From: an uncultured Woeseiaceae bacterium
GTDB taxonomy: Bacteria > Pseudomonadota > Gammaproteobacteria > Steroidobacterales > Woeseiaceae
Direction of reading: 5' to 3'
DNA length: 34,529 nt
Assembly (NCBI GenBank): GCA_964439125.1
Contig: CAYTNO010000001.1
Span: 1 to 34,529 of the forward strand
Positions 10,864 through 18,410 of this stretch are shown here, piece after piece; the stretch's first letter is position 1, and every line of letters begins with the position of its first letter. The notes beneath the pieces were generated by a model, which worked only from the letters and a program-made list of their open reading frames with translations, was not told where the DNA came from and searched no databases. The position numbers and the translations under genes are program-made.

Positions 10864-10976
10864 CATCCGACGAAGCACAAAGACGCAGGAATATACGTCG
10901 TACCGCAATCATCATGACCAGCGTTGCCATCACCTTTTATCTTGGTTTTATCCTGATGGGCGTACTGCGAGCTTAG
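10860..10976 (+). CDS. Small single-TM protein (38 aa) between ctaD and ctaG; likely cytochrome oxidase small assembly protein
   Basis: Not in the ORF track because it is under 60 aa. A GTG at 10860 overlaps the ctaD stop (GTGA). Translation: MTSDEAQRRRNIRRTAIIMTSVAITFYLGFILMGVLRA, a positively charged N-terminus followed by one hydrophobic helix. The stop lies 3 nt before the ctaG ATG. An alternative start is the ATG at 10914. Confidence 0.5.
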   Translation: MTSDEAQRRRNIRRTAIIMTSVAITFYLGFILMGVLRA

Positions 10977-10979
10977 ACC

Positions 10980-11540
10980 ATGAGTTCATCCGACCAGCAA
11001 CCGACCGAGTCGAACCGCATGCTAGTGGGTAAGTTGTTTGCCTTTACGCTGGGCATGTTCGCGTTTGGCTTTTTGGTGTTGCCGCCGCTTTACGATGTGT
11101 TCTGCGATATCACCGGATTTGGTGGGCGCACCAACACCACCGCCGCAGCCGCCACTGAGGCGCCCGATTTATCGCGCACGGTTCGCATCGAGTTTATGAC
11201 GACCGTCAACGAATACGGGCTGTGGCGTTTCTCTGCCGACAAAGACAGCATGGAAGTGCATCCAGGCAAAATGTATTTCGCGACGTTCACCGCAGAAAAC
11301 CTGTCGAAAGAAGACCGGGTCACTCAAACTGTGCCCAGCATTGCGCCCATATCGGCAAGCGAGCACTTCAAGAAGATCGAGTGCTTCTGCTTCACAACCC
11401 AGGCGTTCGCAGCCGCTGAAGAGCGCGCGTTGCCGCTGCAGTTCATCGTCGACCCGGATCTGCCCGACCACGTAGACACGATCACGTTGTCGTACACCCT
11501 ATTTGATACAGAGATCAGCTATGTCACAGACGCAAGATAG
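10980..11540 (+). CDS. ctaG: Cytochrome c oxidase assembly protein CtaG/Cox11
   Basis: 186 aa. N-terminal TM helix and the Cox11 copper motif CFCFTTQ. Confidence 0.9.
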   Translation: MSSSDQQPTESNRMLVGKLFAFTLGMFAFGFLVLPPLYDVFCDITGFGGRTNTTAAAATEAPDLSRTVRIEFMTTVNEYGLWRFSADKDSMEVHPGKMYFATFTAENLSKEDRVTQTVPSIAPISASEHFKKIECFCFTTQAFAAAEERALPLQFIVDPDLPDHVDTITLSYTLFDTEISYVTDAR

Positions 11541-12387
11541 TTATTACGTTCCCCACGGTAGCCACTGGCCTATCGTCGGCTCTATCGGCTTGTTATTGCT
11601 GATGGTGGGCGTTTCTACCTGGCTTAACGGTGCGGATGCGGGTTTCTGGGTAATGATGTCGGGCGTTGCCGTCATGATATTCATGCTGGCGGGCTGGTTT
11701 GGAACCGTTATCGGCGAGAATGAGAACGGCCTTTACAACGAACAGGTCGACAAGTCTTTTCGCATGGGCATGTTCTGGTTCATCTTTTCCGAGGTAATGT
11801 TCTTCGCAGCGTTTTTTAGCGCGCTTTTTTACGCCAGAAACATGTCTATCCCCTGGCTCGGTGGCGACAGCAACAACTTTTTCACCAACCTGCTGCTTTG
11901 GTCCGGTTACGAAAGCACCTGGCCGACCAACGGCCCGGGAGAGATTGGGGGCGACTTTGAGGTAATGGGTCCGTTTGGCCTGCCCTTGATCAATACGGCA
12001 ATTCTGTTAACGAGTAGCGTCACGGTTACGATCGCTCATCACGCACTGCTCGCGGGCAAGCGCAACATCCTGACTGTGTTCCTCGCCGCGACGTTTTTGC
12101 TGGGCTTCTTCTTCGTATATCTGCAGGGCGTAGAGTACGTCGAAGCCTACGAACACATGAACCTGAAGCTAACGACCGGCATTTACGGTTCCACCTTTTT
12201 CATGCTAACGGGCTTCCACGGCATGCACGTTACGCTCGGTGCGATCATGTTAACGATCATCTGGTTGCGCGTGGTCAAGGGACACTTCACGCCAGACAAG
12301 CACTTCGCCTTCGAGGCGGTCGCCTGGTACTGGCACTTTGTTGATGTCGTCTGGGTTGGGTTGTACGTGTTTGTTTATTGGATGTGA
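11521..12387 (+). CDS. coxC: Cytochrome c oxidase subunit III
   Basis: [18 protein letters not shown]... and [13 protein letters not shown]...[10 protein letters not shown]. The start is taken at the ATG at 11521, which overlaps the ctaG 3' end by 20 nt. Confidence 0.9.
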   Translation: MSQTQDSYYVPHGSHWPIVGSIGLLLLMVGVSTWLNGADAGFWVMMSGVAVMIFMLAGWFGTVIGENENGLYNEQVDKSFRMGMFWFIFSEVMFFAAFFSALFYARNMSIPWLGGDSNNFFTNLLLWSGYESTWPTNGPGEIGGDFEVMGPFGLPLINTAILLTSSVTVTIAHHALLAGKRNILTVFLAATFLLGFFFVYLQGVEYVEAYEHMNLKLTTGIYGSTFFMLTGFHGMHVTLGAIMLTIIWLRVVKGHFTPDKHFAFEAVAWYWHFVDVVWVGLYVFVYWM

Positions 12388-12443
12388 TGGCGCACAGCGT
12401 TGCAGGCGGCCTGTGCGACTTGCCAGCTTCTGCGGAACTCGGA

Positions 12444-12638
12444 CTAAGCCGCGATCCAGCCGAACTTGAACGAAGCGACCAGCAAAAGCACCAAAAGTAT
12501 CGATAGGCCCACGCGCACTTTCAGGGCGGTCAGCAGGCGCGGTGATTCCGGATGATCCTTGTCCTTGACCATGAAAAACAGCCCGGAGAAGAGGGCGAGC
12601 ACTATCGCCGCAAGTAGAACCAGTACAATAGTTTTCAT
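12444..12638 (-). CDS. Twin-transmembrane-helix small protein (DUF2909-like)
   Basis: 64 aa: MKTIVLVLLAAIVLALFSGLFFMVKDKDHPESPRLLTALKVRVGLSILLVLLLVASFKFGWIAA. Two TM helices. GGAG lies 6 nt upstream of the ATG at 12638. As I recall, this family accompanies cox clusters in gammaproteobacteria. Confidence 0.65.
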   Translation of the reverse strand: MKTIVLVLLAAIVLALFSGLFFMVKDKDHPESPRLLTALKVRVGLSILLVLLLVASFKFGWIAA

Positions 12639-12674
12639 GACCATCTCCAAGCGTCGACAATAAGCAATTATATC

Positions 12675-13388
12675 GTGAACGAAGCAATCAAAAAGAAAAT
12701 CCTCGGTTGGATTCCGTACGTAATTGGCGCAGTGCTCGTTGTGCAGTTTCTGGCACTTGGGGTCTGGCAAATCTATCGTGGTCTTGACGCAAGCGCCGAG
12801 AGGCGAGCTTTCTCGTCGCAGGCCGGTTTCGCCTCATGGTCGGATGGCATGGAGGTTCGCTCCTTCCAGAAACTCAAGGCGACCGGCCAGTTCGATGAGC
12901 AGCACCAGTTCTTGCTCGAAAACATCATTATTAACAGCCGCTACGGCTATTACGTCCTGACACCACTCATCGTCGAAGACGGTGCGCCCGTATTAATCGT
13001 TAATCGTGGCTGGGTTGAACGCACAGGCCAGGACTTTGATAGCAGCAGGATCGCGCTGAAAAGTGCGCGCGTCACTGTCACAGGACGTGCCGGCTCACTG
13101 CCAAGGGCTGGTTACCGGATGGGCGATGCAATAATCGCCGACACTTCCTGGCCCGTGCCTGCGGTGTATCCGGAGCTCGCCGATCTTGAAAAAGCGCTTG
13201 GCCGCGATGTTCAGCCTTTCGTCCTGCTTATGGATCCGCAAGACGAGCTCGGCTATTACCGCCACTGGGTACCTGAGGAAATGGGCCCTGGCAGACATTA
13301 CGCCTACGCTTTGCAATGGTTCGCGATGGGAATAGTGCTTGCCGGCCTGCTGCTGTGGAATTTTCGCAAGCGCGGTCTGGAGTCATGA
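12675..13388 (+). CDS. SURF1-family cytochrome oxidase biogenesis protein
   Basis: 237 aa, GTG start. N-terminal TM followed by LGVWQIYRG, then VNRGWVE, and a C-terminal TM after YALQWF. This is the classic SURF1/Shy1 layout. Confidence 0.8.
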   Translation: MNEAIKKKILGWIPYVIGAVLVVQFLALGVWQIYRGLDASAERRAFSSQAGFASWSDGMEVRSFQKLKATGQFDEQHQFLLENIIINSRYGYYVLTPLIVEDGAPVLIVNRGWVERTGQDFDSSRIALKSARVTVTGRAGSLPRAGYRMGDAIIADTSWPVPAVYPELADLEKALGRDVQPFVLLMDPQDELGYYRHWVPEEMGPGRHYAYALQWFAMGIVLAGLLLWNFRKRGLES

Positions 13389-13963
13389 ACGACCCGGCAC
13401 GACAGCGGACAGGGCGGCTGCAGCTCCTGCTTGTTGCGGCTGTTTTCCTCGGCCCGTTACTCGTCGCCGCATGGATGTACTACGGCGGTGGCTCGGTGCA
13501 ACCTCAGGGCAGAACGAATCACGGTGCTTTGCTGGAACCCATCGCCAATCTCGCCGAAGGGCTGCCGGACTCTGCGATTCACGCGCATTACCAGCAAAGC
13601 TGGGTGTTGCTGTATTCGCACGACACCACCTGCGACGCTAACTGCAGGGACGCGCTGTACACGTTGCGCCAGTCTCGTCTGATGCTCGGTAAGGAGATGG
13701 ATCGCCTGACCCGCGTTTTCTTGCACGGCAATACGCCGCCCGATACAGTGTTTCTGGCCGAAGAGCACGCGGGCCTGGTGACGATAGAGGATGGCAGTCT
13801 CACCAGACTGCTGCATAACAAGAAACCTGCGGATCTCCCGGCGAATGGCTATTACCTGATCGACCCTCTCGGCAATCTTGTAATGTATTTCCGACCGGAT
13901 CTCGATCCTTCTGAGATGGTCGATGACGTTAAGCGCTTGCTTAAGTTATCGCGCATCGGCTGA
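13385..13963 (+). CDS. Membrane-anchored thioredoxin-fold protein, SCO1/SenC-like (function uncertain)
   Basis: The ATG at 13385 overlaps the SURF1 stop (ATGA). N-terminal TM helix (LQLLLVAAVFLGPLLVAAWMYY). WVLLYSHDTTCDANC contains a CxxxC motif at the position of the SCO1 CPDVCP. YYLIDPLGNLVMYF resembles the SCO1 YLIDP block. Confidence 0.55.
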   Translation: MNDPARQRTGRLQLLLVAAVFLGPLLVAAWMYYGGGSVQPQGRTNHGALLEPIANLAEGLPDSAIHAHYQQSWVLLYSHDTTCDANCRDALYTLRQSRLMLGKEMDRLTRVFLHGNTPPDTVFLAEEHAGLVTIEDGSLTRLLHNKKPADLPANGYYLIDPLGNLVMYFRPDLDPSEMVDDVKRLLKLSRIG

Positions 13964-13974
13964 CGGGCGCTCAA

Positions 13975-14877
13975 ATGAACACGAACGTGGAGACGTACGC
14001 GGACTGGCGTGACTATTACGAGCTGACAAAGCCTCGTGTCGTCATGCTGATTGTGTTCACGGCCATCGTTGGCATGTTCCTGTCAGTACCCGGCTGGCCC
14101 GGCGCCGCAGCACTGATTTACGGCACGCTCGGTATCGGACTGGCCGCATCGTCAGCAGCTGTGTTCAATCACGTTGTCGATGCGCGCATCGACATTCAAA
14201 TGATGCGTACGCGCGGCCGCCCCCTGCCGCAAGGAAAGCTGACCGAGAAGTCGGCGCTCGTCTTTGCGTCAGTGATCGGTATCGTAGCAATGATCATCCT
14301 TACGTCTCTCGTTAACACACTGACCGCTGTCCTGACCTTTGTTTCCCTGATCGGCTACGCCGGCGTTTACACGATGTATCTCAAGCGTGCGACGCCGCAG
14401 AATATTGTCATCGGTGGCGCGGCCGGTGCAGCGCCTCCAATTCTTGGCTGGACCACCGTGACGGGCGAAGTAACCAGCAGCGCTTTGCTACTCTTCCTGA
14501 TTATCTTCCTTTGGACACCACCACATTTCTGGGCGCTGGCCATCGCAAGAAAGGAAGAGTACGCGAAGGTCGATATTCCGATGCTTCCTGTGACGCATGG
14601 CGAGGCCTACACGCGGTTAAATATTCTTCTGTACACCATCCTGCTTTTTGTCATTACGATCATCCCGTACCTGACCCGCATGAGCGGCGTTATCTACTTG
14701 CTGTCGGCAATCGTCCTTGGCGTTGCTTATCTCATTTACGGGATTCGGATGTGGCGCGATCACGATGATCTCGAATTGCCGATGAAGTCGTTCAGGTTTT
14801 CAATTTCTTATCTTGGATTACTTTTCTCCGCACTGCTGATAGACCATTACTTCCTGTTCCAGCTAAATCTCTGGTAG
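13975..14877 (+). CDS. ctaB: Protohaem IX farnesyltransferase (haem O synthase)
   Basis: 300 aa polytopic protein. NHVVDARIDIQMMRTRGRPLP and WTPPHFWALA are typical of CyoE/CtaB. Confidence 0.93.
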   Translation: MNTNVETYADWRDYYELTKPRVVMLIVFTAIVGMFLSVPGWPGAAALIYGTLGIGLAASSAAVFNHVVDARIDIQMMRTRGRPLPQGKLTEKSALVFASVIGIVAMIILTSLVNTLTAVLTFVSLIGYAGVYTMYLKRATPQNIVIGGAAGAAPPILGWTTVTGEVTSSALLLFLIIFLWTPPHFWALAIARKEEYAKVDIPMLPVTHGEAYTRLNILLYTILLFVITIIPYLTRMSGVIYLLSAIVLGVAYLIYGIRMWRDHDDLELPMKSFRFSISYLGLLFSALLIDHYFLFQLNLW

Positions 14878-14976
14878 CGGCAACAAAGCAAGCGTCGTTT
14901 CGGCCGTGGCTTCGGATAATTATTGCCAACCCCACCCTTGCCGTGCGCGCATCCAGCGCTACACTCAGCGCTTCTT

Positions 14977-15516
14977 ATGAGTAACGCTAACCGAACTCAG
15001 GCTTTTGAGCGTCTGGTGCGACCGCACTTCGACCGTTTGTTTCGACTCGCGTGGCGCCTGACGGGCGCCAAGGCAGAGGCCGAAGACCTGTTTCAGGAAT
15101 TGTTGATCAAGGCGTTCGGCCAGTTGGACGACCTTGTAGCAAAGGACGAGCCCGGAGCGTGGCTGTGCCGCGTTATGTACAACCTGTTTATTGACGAGCA
15201 GCGCCGCTTTGCGCGTCGCCGCATGCTTACCGTCGAAGAGGGGCAGCTCGCCGGCGACGGGATTGCGGGCCTGGCCGGCCCTGACGACCCAGCTTACGAC
15301 CATGCCCGTTACGAGACTCTGAAGCAACTGGACGCGGCGCTCGCCCAATTAAGCGATGAACACCGTACTGTAGTGCTCCTGCACGACACAGAGGGCTACA
15401 AATTATCAGAAATACAAGAACTTACCGGCATACCAGTTGGCACAATCAAATCCCGACTGCATCGCGCCAGAGCACGTTTGCGCGAAATTCTCACCGAAAA
15501 CGGAACCATTTCCTGA
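14977..15516 (+). CDS. ECF-type RNA polymerase sigma-70 family factor
   Basis: 179 aa from the ATG at 14977. Region 2 (FERLVRPHFDRLFRLAWRLTG...AEDLFQELLIKAF...WLCRVMYNLFIDEQRR) and region 4 HTH (VVLLHDTEGYKLSEIQELTGIPVGTIKSRLHRARARLRE). Confidence 0.88.
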   Translation: MSNANRTQAFERLVRPHFDRLFRLAWRLTGAKAEAEDLFQELLIKAFGQLDDLVAKDEPGAWLCRVMYNLFIDEQRRFARRRMLTVEEGQLAGDGIAGLAGPDDPAYDHARYETLKQLDAALAQLSDEHRTVVLLHDTEGYKLSEIQELTGIPVGTIKSRLHRARARLREILTENGTIS

Positions 15517-15551
15517 AGCACTGCGTGTAAGAGACGAAGCAGGATGAAATC

Positions 15552-16097
15552 ATGATAAAAAACGACATTAATCAACCGATTGGCGATGATAGTGAGATTC
15601 AGGCGCTGTTAAAGGATTACCCGATGCCCGAAGCTGCAACAGGATTCTACGACCAGGCGCTGGTGCGGGCGACGCACGAAGGATCGCGCCGGCAACGCAA
15701 TCGTTGGTTGATGACCGGGTTTGGCTCAGCGATCGCAGCAACAATTGCTATTTGGGCAATTAGTAGCGTGCTTCTGACGACACCTGACTTGCCAAACCCC
15801 GCGGCCACAATTCCGGGTGTCAGCATTGCCCTTGAGCAGCCGCGCACCGTGAACCTGGTTTTTGCGTCTGCAACGTCACTGGATAGCGCGACGCTGACTG
15901 TGTCGCTACCCGCCGGCATCGAGCTCGATGGCTTTCCGGGGCAGCGCGAGATTACCTGGGAAACCAGCCTCAACAAAGGCAAAAACCTGTTGCCGTTGAC
16001 GCTTGTCGCCCTTAGTCCGGCCGGCGGTGAACTGCTTGCCCGCCTTGAACATGACGATCGCGACCGGACTTTCCGTTTGCTTGTGGATGTAACCTGA
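15552..16097 (+). CDS. Single-pass membrane protein, putative anti-sigma factor (position-based)
   Basis: 181 aa. About 50 aa of cytoplasmic N-terminus, a TM helix (WLMTGFGSAIAATIAIWAISSVLL), and a periplasmic domain of about 105 aa. Starts 35 nt after the sigma gene, with AGGA 8 nt upstream. No HxxxCxxC zinc anti-sigma motif is visible. Confidence 0.5.
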   Translation: MIKNDINQPIGDDSEIQALLKDYPMPEAATGFYDQALVRATHEGSRRQRNRWLMTGFGSAIAATIAIWAISSVLLTTPDLPNPAATIPGVSIALEQPRTVNLVFASATSLDSATLTVSLPAGIELDGFPGQREITWETSLNKGKNLLPLTLVALSPAGGELLARLEHDDRDRTFRLLVDVT

Positions 16098-16140
16098 GAA
16101 CCGACCGAAACGGATTCGGCGGTGTTATTGGAGTAAGGAC

Positions 16141-16632
16141 ATGAAACATTTCAACGTATTTATCGCGACGCTCATATTGACTGGCCTCGCCTTTCTTCCG
16201 GCCACGGCGTGGGCCGATGACGATGACTGGGATGACCTCGACGTAACAATGGAAATCGTCGATGACCTCGCGAGTGTCGGAGATACCATCGCGAGAATGG
16301 AGGGTCCGGGGGACGTCGTCGCAGATAGCGGTGATGATTTGGATGGTGTTTCGGACGACGGTTCGGACGACGATTCAGATGATGACAGGACCGATGGTTC
16401 GAACGACGACAGCGCCTCGGACGACGACGAAGGTGAGATGGACAGCGAGGACGATGAAGCGTCCGAGTTCGAGGAAGAGGACGGCGACAGCTTCGCGGAC
16501 GACCACGACTTCGAGGACGAAGATCTCGATGACGAAGACGACTTCGAGGACGAAGAAGGCGAAGACGTCGACGATGACGACGATGACGACGATGACATGG
16601 ACGATGACGGCCTCGACGACGACGCGGTCTAG
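16141..16632 (+). CDS. Secreted hyper-acidic (Asp/Glu-rich) low-complexity protein
   Basis: 163 aa. Good Sec signal peptide (MKHFNVFIATLILTGLAFLPATAWA, AWA-D cleavage site). The mature part of about 138 aa contains about 60 Asp and 17 Glu, only 2 Arg and 1 His, and no Lys (hand count). GGAG...AAGGA RBS lies upstream. An intrinsic terminator follows. Confidence 0.75.
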   Translation: MKHFNVFIATLILTGLAFLPATAWADDDDWDDLDVTMEIVDDLASVGDTIARMEGPGDVVADSGDDLDGVSDDGSDDDSDDDRTDGSNDDSASDDDEGEMDSEDDEASEFEEEDGDSFADDHDFEDEDLDDEDDFEDEEGEDVDDDDDDDDDMDDDGLDDDAV

Positions 16633-16680
16633 TCCGAATTGAGCCTTAAAACGGGCGCAATCGATGAGTTAATGCCAAAT

Positions 16681-16714
16681 CCCTCCGAAAGAGCCCTTTC
16701 GGGGGGATTTTCTT
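16681..16714 (+). terminator. Rho-independent terminator after the acidic-protein gene
   Basis: CCCTCCGAAAG-agcc-CTTTCGGGGGG forms an 11-bp stem (one G-U pair) with a 4-nt loop, followed by ATTTTCTT. It lies 48 nt after the stop at 16632. Confidence 0.7.
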
Positions 16715-16799
16715 GCGCCACGTCATAGTTTTTAGGGGTACAAAGCCGGTACCCTTGCCAGTCTACATAACGCGGACCATCAGGAGCTTGGGCAAGCCC

Positions 16800-18410
16800 G
16801 TGATACGTGCGACAACACACCAACTAAGATCCTTCGCGGCGATAGCCTTGCTGGCGATCTCTTTGTGCCTGACGCCCGCGTTAGCGGCGACCGCGCAGGA
16901 CGCATTCGAAGACGGCAACCGGCTGTTCCGCGACGACCTCTACTGGGCGGCATTACTCCGCTATCGACAGGCCGAGGAAGCCGGCATGGACACGCCGCTA
17001 TTGCACTACAACACCGGCGTCGCCCATTATCGCGCCCAGCAACATATTCGCGCTCGCACCGCGCTGCTCAAGGCGGTTCAGTCGCCGAGCCTGCGTGTCA
17101 TTTCGCAGTACAACCTCGGTTTGACCGCACACGCGCTTGGCGATGTTGATGACGCCCTCCACTGGTTCCGGCAGGCTCGCGACCAGCAAGAAAACGAGAA
17201 GATCCGCGAGTTCGCCATTATCGCAATTTCACGCCTGCAGACTGAGAGCAAAGCATCAGACACTATTCTCGTGCGTGTGAAGAAACGGCGTAAAGAGAAA
17301 AAGGTTGGCGATTTCGATCTGCACGCGATTGTCGGCTTCGGCAGCGATGACAACGTATACCGCTCACCCAGCCAGCCATATATCGATTTTTCTGACCCGG
17401 CCTTGCCGCTGGTAACGCCGGAGGAGGTCTCGGGCACCTACCTGCCCGTCGACCTGTCCGCCAAGTACTCCGTTAACAGCCTCAGGTTCGAGTCTTTCTT
17501 TGGTGAATACCGCCTGTCCGGCCGCTACTACCCGGACGAGGAACTCGACAATGCCAACGAGTTCAGCCACGAAATTCGCTTTGGTAGTGAATTCGACCGC
17601 AAGCAAGGCACACGCGAGCGCGAAGTCTATAGCGCATTCGCAGTTGCCCAGCATGATGAGACCTACTTTGATCCTGATGATGGCGGGGCTCGCGCTGTCG
17701 ACGGAGTGCTAATTGATGATCGCTTCAACTACGTACGCTACGGGCCGGAGATGCGCTTTCGTCAGTCGCATGAGCGCCTGTCGGTCGGTATGCGGATCAA
17801 AGGTCAGCTTTGGAACTACGACAAGACCGATGTCGTGCCAGAGTACGACCACGAGTACTTTGAGCTCGGCGCAAACGTGCAGTACCGCTTCACGAGATTC
17901 TCTCTGTTGCGCCTGACCGTTGATGCAACCAGCCGTCGCTTCGGTGACCGGCCATCGTTTGATCTCGACGGCCAACAGCTCATCACCAATAAGGAGCTGC
18001 GGTACGACTACCTCTACCTGGGTTTGCTCGCCAGACAGCGCATTACTGAGCAGATGTGGTTTGGATTCGGCTACGAGCATACGAGTCGCACCGACAAATT
18101 TGAGGGCTACAACGACTACACACGGAACGGCTACACGTTTGAGTTCAGCTGGTCTCCGAGCCCGCGATTCGAACTCGATCTGGATGCTTACTACCGCGAT
18201 TACGATTTCCCGAACGCTTTCGCGTTCAACAATCCCGTCGCCGGGCCAAAAACTCTCGAGACGGCATACGGCCGCCTTACCGGCACATTCCGCATGACTC
18301 CGCACCTGCACCTGGTTGCCGAAGCGCTGTACCGCGAATCTGTATCGACCGACATACGTATCGGCTACGAACGTAAGCGCTACTCAATCGGTCTTCTTTG
18401 GCGACAATAA
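16800..18410 (+). CDS. Outer-membrane protein: N-terminal TPR-like domain plus C-terminal beta-barrel (14-16 predicted strands)
   Basis: The GTG at 16800 gives the signal peptide VIRATTHQLRSFAAIALLAISLCLTPALA-ATAQD. TPR-like helices (AFEDGNRLFRDDLYWAALLRYRQA..., YNTGVAHYRAQQH..., YNLGLTAHALGDVDDALHWFRQA), then a basic linker (KKRRKEKK), then about 350 aa of alternating amphipathic strands rich in Y/F/R/D (e.g. MWFGFGYEHTS, NGYTFEFSWS, RYSIGLLWRQ). The track start at 16713 (TTG) lies inside the terminator U-tract. The start is uncertain. Confidence 0.72.
   Translation: MIRATTHQLRSFAAIALLAISLCLTPALAATAQDAFEDGNRLFRDDLYWAALLRYRQAEEAGMDTPLLHYNTGVAHYRAQQHIRARTALLKAVQSPSLRVISQYNLGLTAHALGDVDDALHWFRQARDQQENEKIREFAIIAISRLQTESKASDTILVRVKKRRKEKKVGDFDLHAIVGFGSDDNVYRSPSQPYIDFSDPALPLVTPEEVSGTYLPVDLSAKYSVNSLRFESFFGEYRLSGRYYPDEELDNANEFSHEIRFGSEFDRKQGTREREVYSAFAVAQHDETYFDPDDGGARAVDGVLIDDRFNYVRYGPEMRFRQSHERLSVGMRIKGQLWNYDKTDVVPEYDHEYFELGANVQYRFTRFSLLRLTVDATSRRFGDRPSFDLDGQQLITNKELRYDYLYLGLLARQRITEQMWFGFGYEHTSRTDKFEGYNDYTRNGYTFEFSWSPSPRFELDLDAYYRDYDFPNAFAFNNPVAGPKTLETAYGRLTGTFRMTPHLHLVAEALYRESVSTDIRIGYERKRYSIGLLWRQ

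Noticed and set aside
12391-12417. 7-bp stem (CGCACAG...CTGTGCG) between the convergent coxC and DUF2909 genes, considered as a possible bidirectional terminator.
   Set aside because: It has a 13-nt loop and no U-tract on either strand, so it is too weak to call.
16125-16598. 157-aa minus-strand ORF that is almost pure poly-serine (MSSSSSSSSSTSSPSSSS...).
   Set aside because: It is the reverse-complement shadow of the GAC/GAT/GAA-rich acidic-protein gene, since GAC and GAT read as GTC and ATC, or TCn in a shifted frame. The plus-strand ORF has a signal peptide, an RBS and a terminator. The minus-strand ORF has none of these.
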